Notes under the pieces: model-generated | What the model was told of the DNA's origin: nothing | Databases searched by the model: none | Seen by the model: only the letters and a program-made list of their open reading frames with translations | In this document: piece by piece, positions 8,396-18,089 of the stretch | How the letters are laid out: every line of letters begins with the position of its first letter | Numbering within the stretch: the first letter of the stretch is position 1 | Sequence record: MN153797.1 | Origin: Tunavirus T1 | Length of the DNA: 48,822 nt | Direction: 5' to 3' (one strand) | Program-made: the position numbers and the translations under genes

Positions 8396-8920
8396 ATGAG
8401 TGAACCTAAGAACGCTCCCGTAGTCCAGGGTGGTAATTTCAAAGAGCTATACAAGAAAAAGTTTGGCACTGTACTCGCGAAAAACCGGGCTATGACGCCA
8501 GAGCAACTATTCGATCTGTCAGTGAAGTATTTCGAATGGGCCGAGGACAATGCGATCAAGGCGTCAGAATCAGCCAGCTTTCAGGGTGGCGTTTATGAGT
8601 CGCTTGTCCATAAGCCGCGCGTCTTCACCTGGACCGGATACCGACTATTCATCGGTGCAAGCGAGGCTGCAATCATTAAGTGGAAGCGAGAGGAAGAATA
8701 CAGCGAGGTTATGGAGTTTGTGGAATCGGTAATCAACGAGCAAAAATTCCAGCTTGCCGCCAACGGTGTTATTAATGCCTCCTTTATCGGTAAGGATCTC
8801 GGAATCGATAAGCCAGCCTCAATCAATATCGAAAACTCGTCAGCTTCCGCATCGACAGTAGTCGCCACTACTGAGGATGCGATGAAAGAGGCGGTAAACA
8901 GCATTCTTGATATGCTTTAA
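8396..8920 (+). CDS. terminase small subunit (positional call)
   Basis: Immediately upstream of terminase large subunit; ATG 8396 preceded by agagga. Confidence 0.5.
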   Translation: MSEPKNAPVVQGGNFKELYKKKFGTVLAKNRAMTPEQLFDLSVKYFEWAEDNAIKASESASFQGGVYESLVHKPRVFTWTGYRLFIGASEAAIIKWKREEEYSEVMEFVESVINEQKFQLAANGVINASFIGKDLGIDKPASINIENSSASASTVVATTEDAMKEAVNSILDML

Positions 8921-8959
8921 CTTTAGGGGCGCGAGAGCGCCCACATGGGAGACTTAATC

Positions 8960-10528
8960 ATGATTCAATGGGAAGACCTTAACGCAACGCAGAAGTTAGC
9001 GATCAAGAAAATGAGCGAGGCCAATTTCGAAAAAATGATTCGGATCTGGTTCCAACTTATGCAGGCGCAGCAGTTCCAGCCTAACTGGCATCACCTTTAC
9101 CTATGTCACGAAGTGGAGGAAATTATTGCAGGGCGGCGAGGGAATACAATCTTTAACGTCACACCAGGTTCCGGTAAAACTGAAGTGTTCTCAATTCACC
9201 TTCCGGTGTACGCAATGCTTAAGTGTAAGAAGGTGCGAAACCTTAACGTGTCGTTTGCTGACAGCCTGGTTAAGCGTAACAGTAAGCGCGTATGTGAGAT
9301 TATCAGCAGCAACGAATTTCAAGAGCTATGGCCTTGCAAGTTCGGTACATCGAAAGATGAGGAGATGCAGGTTCTTAACGAAGATGGAAAGGTTTGGTTT
9401 GAGTTGATATCCGCAGCGGCTGGCGGTCGTATTACTGGTTCGCGTGGTGGCTACATGACGCCGGGATTCTCGGGGATGGTAATGCTAGACGATATCGACA
9501 AGCCTGATGATATGTTCTCAAAGGTTAAGCGTGAGCGTACGCACATGCTATTGAAAAACACCATCCGTTCCCGTCGTATGCATAACGAGACGCCTATTAT
9601 TGCAATTCAGCAGCGACTACATGCTCAGGATTCAACCTGGTTCATGATGAATGGCGGTATGGGTATTGAGTTTGACCAAATCTCAATACCGGCGCTGGTG
9701 ACGGAAGAATACGGAAAGACACTTCCTGATTGGTTGCAGCCTTACTTTGAGCGTGATGTTTTATCGTCTGAGTATGTAGAATTGGATGGCGTTAAGCATT
9801 ACTCTTTTTGGCCAAGCAAGGAAAGCGTTCACGACCTGTTGGCGTTACGAGAAGCAGATCAGTATACCTTTGATTCTCAGTATCAGCAGAAACCGATCGC
9901 GCTGGGTGGCTCCGTGTTTAACTCAGAGTGGTGGACTTATTACGGCAGCAGTCTTGACGCTGACGAGCCAGATCCGGGTAAATATGATTACCGATTCATC
10001 ACTGCCGATACCGCTCAGAAGACAGGCGAGCTAAACGACTACACGGTATTTTGTTTGTGGGGCAAGAAGAATGATAAGGTTTACTTTATCGACGGCATTC
10101 GCGGAAAGTGGGAAGCGCCGGATATGGAGAGGCAATTTACAGCTTTCGTCAATCAGGCATGGAGGCACAATAAATCAATGGGGGTACTTCGTAAAATTTA
10201 TGTGGAAGATAAGGCGAGCGGTACGGGCTTAATCCAGAACCTCAGGAAAAAGACCCCGATCTCAATCACTCCATTGCAGCGTAACAAAGACAAAGTTACC
10301 CGAGCTATGGATGCTCAGCCAGTTATTAAAGCCGGGCGCGTGGTTCTGCCAGAAGAGCACCCTATGCTTGCTGAAATTATCGCTGAACACAGTGCCTTCA
10401 CTTACGATGACACCCATCCGCATGATGATATCGTCGATAACTTCATGGATGCGGCGAACATCGAATTGCTGACCATTGATGATCCTATCGAGAGAATGAA
10501 GCGACTCGCCGGGATGGTTAAGCGGTAA
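8960..10528 (+). CDS. terminase large subunit
   Basis: 527-aa ORF with terminase-like ATPase and nuclease regions (family recognised from sequence); ATG 8960 has RBS gggaga, ORF-track start 8945 is the alternative. Confidence 0.75.
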   Translation: MIQWEDLNATQKLAIKKMSEANFEKMIRIWFQLMQAQQFQPNWHHLYLCHEVEEIIAGRRGNTIFNVTPGSGKTEVFSIHLPVYAMLKCKKVRNLNVSFADSLVKRNSKRVCEIISSNEFQELWPCKFGTSKDEEMQVLNEDGKVWFELISAAAGGRITGSRGGYMTPGFSGMVMLDDIDKPDDMFSKVKRERTHMLLKNTIRSRRMHNETPIIAIQQRLHAQDSTWFMMNGGMGIEFDQISIPALVTEEYGKTLPDWLQPYFERDVLSSEYVELDGVKHYSFWPSKESVHDLLALREADQYTFDSQYQQKPIALGGSVFNSEWWTYYGSSLDADEPDPGKYDYRFITADTAQKTGELNDYTVFCLWGKKNDKVYFIDGIRGKWEAPDMERQFTAFVNQAWRHNKSMGVLRKIYVEDKASGTGLIQNLRKKTPISITPLQRNKDKVTRAMDAQPVIKAGRVVLPEEHPMLAEIIAEHSAFTYDDTHPHDDIVDNFMDAANIELLTIDDPIERMKRLAGMVKR

Positions 10529-10544
10529 TAAATGAGATATAATT

Positions 10545-10570
10545 AGGGCTGTCAATTGACGGCCCTTTTT
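10545..10570 (+). terminator. Possible rho-independent terminator or attenuator
   Basis: Hairpin agggctgtc-aatt-gacggccct then TTTTT. Confidence 0.45.
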
Positions 10571-10582
10571 ATTGGAGGAAAC

Positions 10583-11866
10583 ATGAAAATTGTTAAGCAT
10601 GATGGATATAACGATATCTTTAACGGCGGCGCGGACGGATCGACTAAGCCATTCTTTATGTCTGATGCATCATATCACGTCGGTTCTTTCTACAACGACA
10701 ACGCAACCGCGAAGCGAATTGTGGATGTTATCCCGGAAGAGATGGTGACGGCTGGTTTTAAAATGTCAGGCGTTAAGGATGAAAAAGAGTTCAAGTCTTT
10801 ATGGGATAGCTACAAACTTGATTCAAGTCTGGTGGATCTTCTTTGTTGGGCACGACTTTACGGTGGCGCGGCGATGGTGGCAATCATCAAAGACAACCGG
10901 ATGTTAACCAGTCAGGCAAAGCCTGGAGCTAAACTTGAAGGCGTCCGAGTTTATGATCGATTTGCTATCACTGTTGAAAAGCGAGTCACCAATGCAAGAT
11001 CTCCTCGCTATGGTGAGCCTGAAATTTACAAGGTATCCCCTGGCGACAATATGCAGCCGTACCTGATTCATCACTCAAGAGTCTTTATTGCTGATGGTGA
11101 ACGAGTGGCGCAACAGGCAAGAAAGCAGAATCAAGGATGGGGAGCTTCGGTATTGAATAAGTCACTGATTGATGCAATCTGTGACTATGATTACTGTGAA
11201 TCTCTGGCTACTCAGATCTTGCGACGTAAGCAACAGGCTGTATGGAAGGTCAAAGGTCTTGCCGAAATGTGTGATGATGATGATGCTCAGTATGCCGCGC
11301 GCCTGCGACTTGCTCAGGTAGATGATAACTCCGGCGTAGGCCGTGCGATCGGTATCGATGCTGAGACTGAGGAATATGACGTTCTCAACTCTGATATCAG
11401 CGGAGTCCCTGAGTTCTTATCAAGCAAGATGGACCGCATCGTCTCCCTATCCGGGATTCATGAGATTATCATCAAGAATAAGAACGTAGGCGGCGTATCA
11501 GCGAGCCAAAACACAGCGCTTGAGACTTTCTATAAGCTAGTCGATCGCAAGCGCGAGGAAGATTACAGGCCGCTTCTTGAGTTCTTGTTGCCGTTCATTG
11601 TTGATGAGGAAGAGTGGTCGATCGAGTTTGAGCCTTTGTCTGTTCCGAGTAAGAAAGAGGAATCAGAGATCACGAAGAATAACGTTGAGTCAGTCACGAA
11701 GGCTATCACTGAGCAAATCATCGATCTGGAAGAAGCTCGCGACACGTTGCGATCCATTGCCCCTGAGTTCAAACTCAAGGATGGTAATAACATCAACATT
11801 CGCGAACCGGAAGAAACAACCGAACCGGAGCCGGGATTAGGGGAGAAGTTAGAAGATGAAAATTAA
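10583..11866 (+). CDS. portal protein
   Basis: About 430 aa directly after terminase large; RBS GGAGG before ATG 10583. Confidence 0.7.
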   Translation: MKIVKHDGYNDIFNGGADGSTKPFFMSDASYHVGSFYNDNATAKRIVDVIPEEMVTAGFKMSGVKDEKEFKSLWDSYKLDSSLVDLLCWARLYGGAAMVAIIKDNRMLTSQAKPGAKLEGVRVYDRFAITVEKRVTNARSPRYGEPEIYKVSPGDNMQPYLIHHSRVFIADGERVAQQARKQNQGWGASVLNKSLIDAICDYDYCESLATQILRRKQQAVWKVKGLAEMCDDDDAQYAARLRLAQVDDNSGVGRAIGIDAETEEYDVLNSDISGVPEFLSSKMDRIVSLSGIHEIIIKNKNVGGVSASQNTALETFYKLVDRKREEDYRPLLEFLLPFIVDEEEWSIEFEPLSVPSKKEESEITKNNVESVTKAITEQIIDLEEARDTLRSIAPEFKLKDGNNINIREPEETTEPEPGLGEKLEDEN

Positions 11867-12617
11867 TGGCGTTGCAACACAGTGGCGCTATCCTGAAATG
11901 AGCGAGCGCGCAATGTCGCGCTCCCTACAGGATGTTGCAGCCAAACTAACTGAAAAAATGCGTGACGAATTAAAGCCGATGAAATTTGACGCTACCGACG
12001 AAGAGATAGATCAGACAGAGAGGTCATTGCTTGATTACGTCGAATCACTCATCGCTCCGATTATTGGTTCTCTATCATCCGTTGCGCTCACGATCTATAA
12101 ATTCAACTCTAAGCAGTGGCTGCGCATCGCTCGCAATGCTGGAGGTAAGAAGAATCAAGCCGTGATGCTACTTGCCCTGATTGGTCCTACCGCTGCCGAA
12201 AGCTGGTACTCAGGACAATATAATCTGTGGCGATCGCAGGTTGCTACTTCTATCAGGAAATTTGCCGCCAACATGGTTACTGATTTCACTGATAAACTTC
12301 GTGCGGCATCCGGTCAGGGTAAAAGCAAGGATTTTGTTGTTGAACTTGCTAAGGAGCGATTTGGTATTTACCGGAACTGGGCCAAAAATAGAGCGTCGGG
12401 AATTGTCGGAACCTGGAACAGTAGACTGATGCGTCAGCGCATAAAAGACGCTGGTGTCTCTTACTATTTCTGGCGCGGGGTGATGGATTTACGCGAACGT
12501 GAAAAACATGTAAGATGGGAAGGTAAGCGCATAGCGGTAGATTCCGATCATGTATTCCCTGGTGAGGAATACAACTGCCGCTGTTGGGCTGTTCCAGACT
12601 TTTCTACAGGAGATTAA
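11856..12617 (+). CDS. minor head / head morphogenesis protein
   Basis: Position after portal; 253-aa ORF. Confidence 0.55.
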   Translation: MKINGVATQWRYPEMSERAMSRSLQDVAAKLTEKMRDELKPMKFDATDEEIDQTERSLLDYVESLIAPIIGSLSSVALTIYKFNSKQWLRIARNAGGKKNQAVMLLALIGPTAAESWYSGQYNLWRSQVATSIRKFAANMVTDFTDKLRAASGQGKSKDFVVELAKERFGIYRNWAKNRASGIVGTWNSRLMRQRIKDAGVSYYFWRGVMDLREREKHVRWEGKRIAVDSDHVFPGEEYNCRCWAVPDFSTGD

Positions 12618-12619
12618 AA

Positions 12620-13732
12620 ATGAAGGCAAAGCAAAGATTCGATTCAGTAAAAATCAAGGCGCACTTTGATGATAACGGTTTTTTAGTTGACCGCCCAATC
12701 GTGGCGCGAATCGGCGCTCAGGTTTACAAAACGCCGCACGGCGATCGAGTTGAGTTCCGTCCGGCGTCCGAAGTTTTCAAGCAAGACTCCTTGCAAAGTT
12801 TTGCGGGTAAGCCAATTACTGTCGGTCACGTAACGGTAACTCCGCAGAATGCTAAAGACGTTGTTGTCGGATCGTGTGCTGGCGCTGGTATTGCTTCAGG
12901 GGTTGGCGTTGAAGTTCCTTTGAGTATTTACAGCGACTACGCGATCAGCAAGGCTAAAGCAAAAGAAGCAGGTGAATTATCTGTTGGTTATACTTCGGTT
13001 GATATTGATAAGCCTGGTTGGGGTTCAAATGAGACTGGAGAATATATCTTCGAAGAGGATATGAAACAGGACGAAGCGCCGCCTGAAGGTTGGGTGAGAT
13101 TCGACGCGGTACAAACTAATATCAAGGTCAACCATATTGCCCTAGTTTTTAAAGGTCGTGCGGGAATTGCTAAATTAAATCTTGATGCCGAACAGGAGTT
13201 CCCGTATGATAATAACGTTCAATTAACTAACGAGGACAAGCAAATGAAAAAAATTAAGATCGACTCAGTTGATGTGGAAGTAACCGAAGACGTTGCGAAC
13301 CATATCGAAAAATTAACCGCGCAGATTGCCAACATTCAGGGGAAAGCTGATGGCTTCGAAGCTGAGCGCGATGCGCTGAAGGTTAAGGTTGACTCTCTGC
13401 CGGAACTTGTGAAGGCCGAGGTAGAGAAGCAAAAAGCCGATGCCGCCGCACGCGCAGAAGTTACCGCAGTAGCAGAAACCGCAGGCGTCAAACATGATGG
13501 TCTTGATATCAAAGACGTCAAGATTGCCGTAGTTAAAGCCATGCTTGATAAAGATGTTAGTGAAAAATCAGACGCATATATCGACGCTATGTTTGATGTT
13601 GCTAAAGATTCTGATATCATGGCTATTCAGCGTAAAGCAGTAAAAGGCGACTCTATCGAAGGCGGTAAGCCGGAAGAGAAAAACGACGCCGCGCCTGTTA
13701 CGCCAAATTCACGTTTAAGCAAAGTAATGTAA
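12620..13732 (+). CDS. putative scaffolding / prohead protease-like protein
   Basis: Internal ATG of ORF 12584..13732 with RBS caggag; coiled-coil, charged C-terminal half; sits between portal and capsid. Confidence 0.45.
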   Translation: MKAKQRFDSVKIKAHFDDNGFLVDRPIVARIGAQVYKTPHGDRVEFRPASEVFKQDSLQSFAGKPITVGHVTVTPQNAKDVVVGSCAGAGIASGVGVEVPLSIYSDYAISKAKAKEAGELSVGYTSVDIDKPGWGSNETGEYIFEEDMKQDEAPPEGWVRFDAVQTNIKVNHIALVFKGRAGIAKLNLDAEQEFPYDNNVQLTNEDKQMKKIKIDSVDVEVTEDVANHIEKLTAQIANIQGKADGFEAERDALKVKVDSLPELVKAEVEKQKADAAARAEVTAVAETAGVKHDGLDIKDVKIAVVKAMLDKDVSEKSDAYIDAMFDVAKDSDIMAIQRKAVKGDSIEGGKPEEKNDAAPVTPNSRLSKVM

Positions 13733-13743
13733 GGGGAAATATC

Positions 13744-14220
13744 ATGGCACAAATTAATGCATCTTATCAGCGAGATATGGCGATTGCGCTTCCGGGTATG
13801 GTTGCGGATACTTCAAAGTACAATATTGACGGCGCTTGTGTCGTTAATGAAGGTGATGTTCTTGTTGGCGCTGCCGTACAAGTTGTTCAAGCTCAGGCGG
13901 TTGATGGTCATAAGTTGGTTAAGGCTCTTACTACCGGAACCACTCCTTACGGCGTGGCAATCCGATCTCACTGGCAGACTGTTAACGCTCAAAATCAGAT
14001 GATTTACGAAGATGGCGGCGCTATCAACGTGATGACTTCAGGCCGAGTATGGATGCTTTCCAAATCCACCGAAGCGCCAACTTTCGGCTCTGCCGTTAAA
14101 CTTGATGTTGATGGTCAGGAAAAATCTGATGGCACGATCGAAACAACCTGGACCTACGCTGGCGGTTGGATTAAATACAAAGATATTCAGCTTGTTGAGG
14201 TTCAGTTGCATCAACTGTAA
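13744..14220 (+). CDS. putative head decoration protein (paralog A)
   Basis: Shares N-terminal motif (S/T)xYNIDGACV..G(A/S)AVQVV with the next ORF; sits just upstream of major capsid gene. Confidence 0.4.
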   Translation: MAQINASYQRDMAIALPGMVADTSKYNIDGACVVNEGDVLVGAAVQVVQAQAVDGHKLVKALTTGTTPYGVAIRSHWQTVNAQNQMIYEDGGAINVMTSGRVWMLSKSTEAPTFGSAVKLDVDGQEKSDGTIETTWTYAGGWIKYKDIQLVEVQLHQL

Positions 14221-14236
14221 TTAGCGTTTAATATGG

Positions 14237-14267
14237 GGACTATCCTTTTTTGGATAGTCCTTTTTTT
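14237..14267 (+). terminator. Rho-independent terminator
   Basis: Hairpin ggactatcc-tttttt-ggatagtcc then T7. Confidence 0.65.
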
Positions 14268-14281
14268 ATGGAGAAATCATT

Positions 14282-15049
14282 ATGGCTTACGAAAATTTAA
14301 TGTTGCGCCCGGCGTGTCCGGGAAATCTTTCTGATACTTCAACCTACAATATTGATGGCGCTTGCGTGGCTCAAGGTGACATTGAGTTCGGCTCAGCGGT
14401 TCAGGTTGTCGGCATCGTTGATGGTGTAAAAGTTGTTACGGCGCTTTCTGATGGTGGAACTCCTTACGGTATCGCTTTCCGTTCCCAATATGAACACCTG
14501 ATCGGTAAAATCCTCGACGGTGAAGTGTGCAACGTCGTTTCTCACGGTCGCGTGTGGGCGCTTACTTCTCTTGATGAGGCTCCCAGCTTGTTCTCAAAGT
14601 TGCAGTTTGGATCTGGTGGGGTTGTTACTGGTGGATCTGGTTACGCAGGATGGACCTTTGCTGGCGGCTTTGTTAAGCACGAAGATGGCTACATTATTGA
14701 GGTTCGGGTGAAACAAAATGCTTTCATCGTTCCACCGCCGCCGCCCCCTGTCGTTCTTGTTGAATCCGCTACAATCACCACTGACAAGGAAAGCCCTCAG
14801 CCAAACAACGTTACGATCCAGTGTGTAGCTAATGCTCTTCCGGCTAATGCAACTGATAAGACTGGCAAATGGTCAATCGACGCTACCAATATCGCCACTG
14901 TCAATCCGGACTCAGGTCTTGTAACTCCTGTTGGTGGAGAGGTAGTCGGTGATTTCAATATTACCTGGACGGCTAACGATGCCAGCAAGACGACGGCAAC
15001 CATTGCTTATCGCGTAGAAGCAGTGCCAACGCCAGAGGTTGATGTATAA
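14282..15049 (+). CDS. putative head decoration protein (paralog B) with polyproline linker and C-terminal Ig-like domain
   Basis: N-terminus paralogous to 13744..14220; PPPPPPVV linker; C-terminal region resembles bacterial Ig-like domains. Confidence 0.45.
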   Translation: MAYENLMLRPACPGNLSDTSTYNIDGACVAQGDIEFGSAVQVVGIVDGVKVVTALSDGGTPYGIAFRSQYEHLIGKILDGEVCNVVSHGRVWALTSLDEAPSLFSKLQFGSGGVVTGGSGYAGWTFAGGFVKHEDGYIIEVRVKQNAFIVPPPPPPVVLVESATITTDKESPQPNNVTIQCVANALPANATDKTGKWSIDATNIATVNPDSGLVTPVGGEVVGDFNITWTANDASKTTATIAYRVEAVPTPEVDV

Positions 15050-15060
15050 CATAAAAACAC

Positions 15061-15089
15061 TTTGACGCTTTAACAAAAAGTGCTATTAT
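15061..15089 (+). promoter_or_regulatory. Sigma70-like promoter (TTTGAC, 17 bp, TATTAT) with box taacaaaaagtgcta inside the spacer
   Basis: Read directly; box at 15071-15085. Confidence 0.45.
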
Positions 15090-15094
15090 TGAAG

Positions 15095-15119
15095 CCGTGA
15101 ACATAATCACGGTTTTTTA
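15095..15119 (+). terminator. Leader hairpin plus T-run between promoter and major capsid gene (possible attenuator)
   Basis: ccgtga-acataa-tcacgg then TTTTTT. Confidence 0.45.
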
Positions 15120-15139
15120 TTAACTATGGAGAAGTAATC

Positions 15140-16099
15140 ATGACTACTAAAAAATTTGATGAAGCAGATAAAAGCAATGTTGAAATGTATCTGATCCAGG
15201 CTGGCGTAAAACAGGATGCGGCCGCAACGATGGGTATCTGGACCGCTCAGGAACTACACCGCATCAAAAGCCAGTCCTATGAAGAAGACTACCCGGTCGG
15301 CTCAGCTTTACGCGTATTCCCGGTTACAACCGAGCTTTCTCCGACCGACAAGACGTTTGAGTATATGACCTTTGATAAGGTTGGTACGGCTCAGATTATC
15401 GCAGACTACACCGACGATCTTCCGCTGGTTGATGCCCTGGGTACTTCTGAATTTGGCAAGGTGTTCCGTCTTGGTAACGCGTACCTGATCTCAATCGACG
15501 AAATCAAAGCGGGTCAGGCAACTGGTCGCCCACTGTCAACCCGTAAGGCGAGTGCGTGCCAGTTGGCGCATGATCAGCTTGTTAACCGCCTGGTGTTCAA
15601 AGGTTCCGCGCCGCACAAGATTGTGTCCGTGTTCAACCATCCGAATATCACCAAAATTACCTCTGGTAAGTGGATTGATGTATCTACTATGAAGCCGGAA
15701 ACTGCGGAAGCTGAGCTAACTCAAGCGATCGAAACCATCGAGACGATTACTCGTGGTCAGCACCGCGCAACCAACATCCTGATCCCGCCTTCCATGCGTA
15801 AGGTTTTGGCGATTCGTATGCCTGAGACAACCATGTCTTACCTGGACTATTTTAAGTCTCAGAACTCCGGTATCGAAATCGACTCTATCGCAGAGCTTGA
15901 GGATATTGACGGCGCAGGCACCAAAGGCGTACTGGTGTACGAAAAGAATCCGATGAACATGTCCATCGAGATCCCGGAAGCATTTAACATGCTGCCAGCA
16001 CAACCGAAAGACTTGCACTTTAAAGTGCCTTGCACCTCTAAGTGTACTGGTCTTACAATTTATCGCCCGATGACTATTGTCTTAATCACTGGCGTGTAA
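15140..16099 (+). CDS. major capsid protein
   Basis: 319-aa ORF in canonical position with strong RBS ggagaag; followed by a strong terminator. Confidence 0.65.
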   Translation: MTTKKFDEADKSNVEMYLIQAGVKQDAAATMGIWTAQELHRIKSQSYEEDYPVGSALRVFPVTTELSPTDKTFEYMTFDKVGTAQIIADYTDDLPLVDALGTSEFGKVFRLGNAYLISIDEIKAGQATGRPLSTRKASACQLAHDQLVNRLVFKGSAPHKIVSVFNHPNITKITSGKWIDVSTMKPETAEAELTQAIETIETITRGQHRATNILIPPSMRKVLAIRMPETTMSYLDYFKSQNSGIEIDSIAELEDIDGAGTKGVLVYEKNPMNMSIEIPEAFNMLPAQPKDLHFKVPCTSKCTGLTIYRPMTIVLITGV

Positions 16100-16106
16100 T
16101 ATTATA

Positions 16107-16134
16107 GGGGCTAACTTAGTTAGTCCCTTTTTTT
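16107..16134 (+). terminator. Rho-independent terminator
   Basis: Hairpin ggggctaac-tta-gttagtccc then T7. Confidence 0.65.
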
Positions 16135-16149
16135 ATTGGAGAAATCAAA

Positions 16150-16437
16150 ATGGCTAAAGAAAAAACTGTTGTTATCGTAAACGTTGGTGTAGCTCTTCAG
16201 ATGTTCCGTCTTGAAGATGGTTCCTTTGCTAAAGTTCTTCCAGATGAAGAGGTCACGCTTCCGGCGTCCGTTCTTGATTTACCTGGTCTGCGTTGCTTAA
16301 TTGCTCGCGAAGAAATCGAAGTTAAAGACGACAGTGCAACCAACCGCAAAATCCGCGCTGAAATGGCAAAGATCACGAAGCCAGATCCGTGGGATAAAAT
16401 GAGCGTAAAAGAGCTTGAAGACGGCGGCGAATATTAA
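16150..16437 (+). CDS. hypothetical protein
   Basis: ORF track; RBS ggagaa. Confidence 0.45.
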   Translation: MAKEKTVVIVNVGVALQMFRLEDGSFAKVLPDEEVTLPASVLDLPGLRCLIAREEIEVKDDSATNRKIRAEMAKITKPDPWDKMSVKELEDGGEY

Positions 16438-16443
16438 TCATCA

Positions 16444-16469
16444 AGGCGCTCATGTAGCGCCTTTTTTTA
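16444..16469 (+). terminator. Rho-independent terminator
   Basis: Hairpin aggcgct-catgt-agcgcct then T7. Confidence 0.65.
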
Positions 16470-16481
16470 TGGTGGTAAATT

Positions 16482-16892
16482 ATGAATCAAGAAACTTTAA
16501 TTGCAGTTGTTGAGCAAATGCGAAAGCTGGTTCCGGCACTTCGTAAGGTTCCAGACGAAACGCTTTATGCGTGGGTAGAAATGGCTGAGCTTTTTGTATG
16601 CCAGAAGACCTTTAAAGACGCATACGTCAAAGCGCTCGCTCTTTATGCATTGCACCTTGCTTTCCTTGACGGGGCGCTAAAAGGTGAAGATGAGGATCTG
16701 GAATCGTACTCACGACGAGTTACGTCATTCTCCCTGAGCGGTGAATTTAGCCAGACTTTCGGAGAGGTTACAAAGAACCAGTCAGGAGACATGATGCTTT
16801 CGACGCCGTGGGGTAAGATGTTCGAACAGCTTAAAGCGCGACGCCGTGGTCGATTCGCATTAATGACAGGACTCCGTGGAGGATGCCACTAA
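16482..16892 (+). CDS. head-tail connector / head completion protein (positional)
   Basis: ORF track; position between capsid and tail genes. Confidence 0.4.
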   Translation: MNQETLIAVVEQMRKLVPALRKVPDETLYAWVEMAELFVCQKTFKDAYVKALALYALHLAFLDGALKGEDEDLESYSRRVTSFSLSGEFSQTFGEVTKNQSGDMMLSTPWGKMFEQLKARRRGRFALMTGLRGGCH

Positions 16893-17263
16893 TGAACTAC
16901 TCACAGATTGAAAGGATGGCTCGCAAAGGTGTGGCTTTCTTCACCGATCCGTCAAGACCTATGAACCTGATAAAGCAAGGTGAATACGGATATGATGAAA
17001 ACGGATTCGAGATCCCACCGATGGAACAGGTTATTCCAATATCCGGCGCGACGCGAAGACCGAACGCGCGTGAGATTGACGGGGAAACCATCCGCGCCTC
17101 AGATATTTTGGGGATCTTCAATAATGATCATGAAATAAACGAAGGTGACTATATAGAGATTGATGGCATTCGTCATGTTGTCGTTGATGCTCGCCCGGTT
17201 CAGGCGTCACTGGAACCAGTTGCCTATCGTCCAGTATTGCGGAGGGTATCAGTCGGTGGCTAA
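16883..17263 (+). CDS. head-tail joining protein (positional)
   Basis: ORF track; overlaps upstream stop. Confidence 0.4.
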   Translation: MPLMNYSQIERMARKGVAFFTDPSRPMNLIKQGEYGYDENGFEIPPMEQVIPISGATRRPNAREIDGETIRASDILGIFNNDHEINEGDYIEIDGIRHVVVDARPVQASLEPVAYRPVLRRVSVGG

Positions 17264-17699
17264 TTATCAGATTCGTAGATTTCAAGGCGAGATTGATGCG
17301 TGGATTAATGCCGCTGAAAGCACGTTAGAACATGCTATTGAGATATTCGTAAGGGATGTTCACGACGCTCTTGTTAGCCGCTCCCCTGTTGATACAGGTC
17401 GATTCAAGGGTAACTGGCAGATAACTTTTAACGAAATCCCTAACCACGCATTAAACCGATACGATAAAACTGGCGGTGTCGTCAGGGGTGAGGAACAGGA
17501 AAAAACTTATGGCATGTTCAGCCGTGGCGGCGCGATAACATCCGTTCACTTTTCAAACATGTTGATTTATGCAAACGCTCTTGAGTACGGTCATTCACAG
17601 CAAGCACCGAGCGGCGTTGTCGGTCTTGTGGCGTTAAGGCTTAGATCATATATGGCTGACGCAATCAAGCAGGCAAGGAGACAGCAAAATGCACTATGA
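17256..17699 (+). CDS. neck / tail completion protein, probable GTG start
   Basis: GGAGGG at 17241-17246 then GTG 17256 in frame with ORF 17160..17699; overlaps upstream stop at 17261-17263. Confidence 0.4.
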   Translation: MANYQIRRFQGEIDAWINAAESTLEHAIEIFVRDVHDALVSRSPVDTGRFKGNWQITFNEIPNHALNRYDKTGGVVRGEEQEKTYGMFSRGGAITSVHFSNMLIYANALEYGHSQQAPSGVVGLVALRLRSYMADAIKQARRQQNAL

Positions 17700-18087
17700 G
17701 TTATCAGCGGCGGCGCGAGCCGCTTTTCTATCAAATTACAGAGACTTTCCTCACTACATGGAAAACAGAAATTTCACACCGCCGAAGGATGGCGGGATGT
17801 GGCTGAGGTTCAACTACATTGAAGGGGATACGCTTTATCTATCCATTGACAGAAAGTGTAAATCTTACATCGCAATCGTTCAGATCGGCGTAGTGTTCCC
17901 TCCAGGCTCCGGCGTTGACGAAGCAAGATTGAAAGCAAAAGAGATTGCTGATTTTTTCAAAGATGGTAAAATGCTTAACGTTGGTTATATTTTCGAGGGT
18001 GCAATCGTGCATCAAATTGTTAAACATGAAAGCGGGTGGATGATTCCGGTTCGCTTTACAGTACGAGTAGACACAAAGGAGACTTAA
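17689..18087 (+). CDS. tail terminator-like protein (positional)
   Basis: ORF track; immediately upstream of major tail gene. Confidence 0.4.
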   Translation: MHYELSAAARAAFLSNYRDFPHYMENRNFTPPKDGGMWLRFNYIEGDTLYLSIDRKCKSYIAIVQIGVVFPPGSGVDEARLKAKEIADFFKDGKMLNVGYIFEGAIVHQIVKHESGWMIPVRFTVRVDTKET

Positions 18088-18089
18088 TT

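Noticed and set aside
8926-8942. Terminator between terminase small and large subunit genes (hairpin gggcgc-gaga-gcgccc)
   Set aside because: No T-run follows; more likely an RNA structure or coupling element.
16883-17699. Possible programmed frameshift joining ORF 16883..17263 to ORF 17160..17699, which overlap by about 100 nt in different frames
   Set aside because: A GTG at 17256 preceded by GGAGGG at 9-nt spacing gives a normal start that overlaps the upstream stop; no slippery heptamer is needed.
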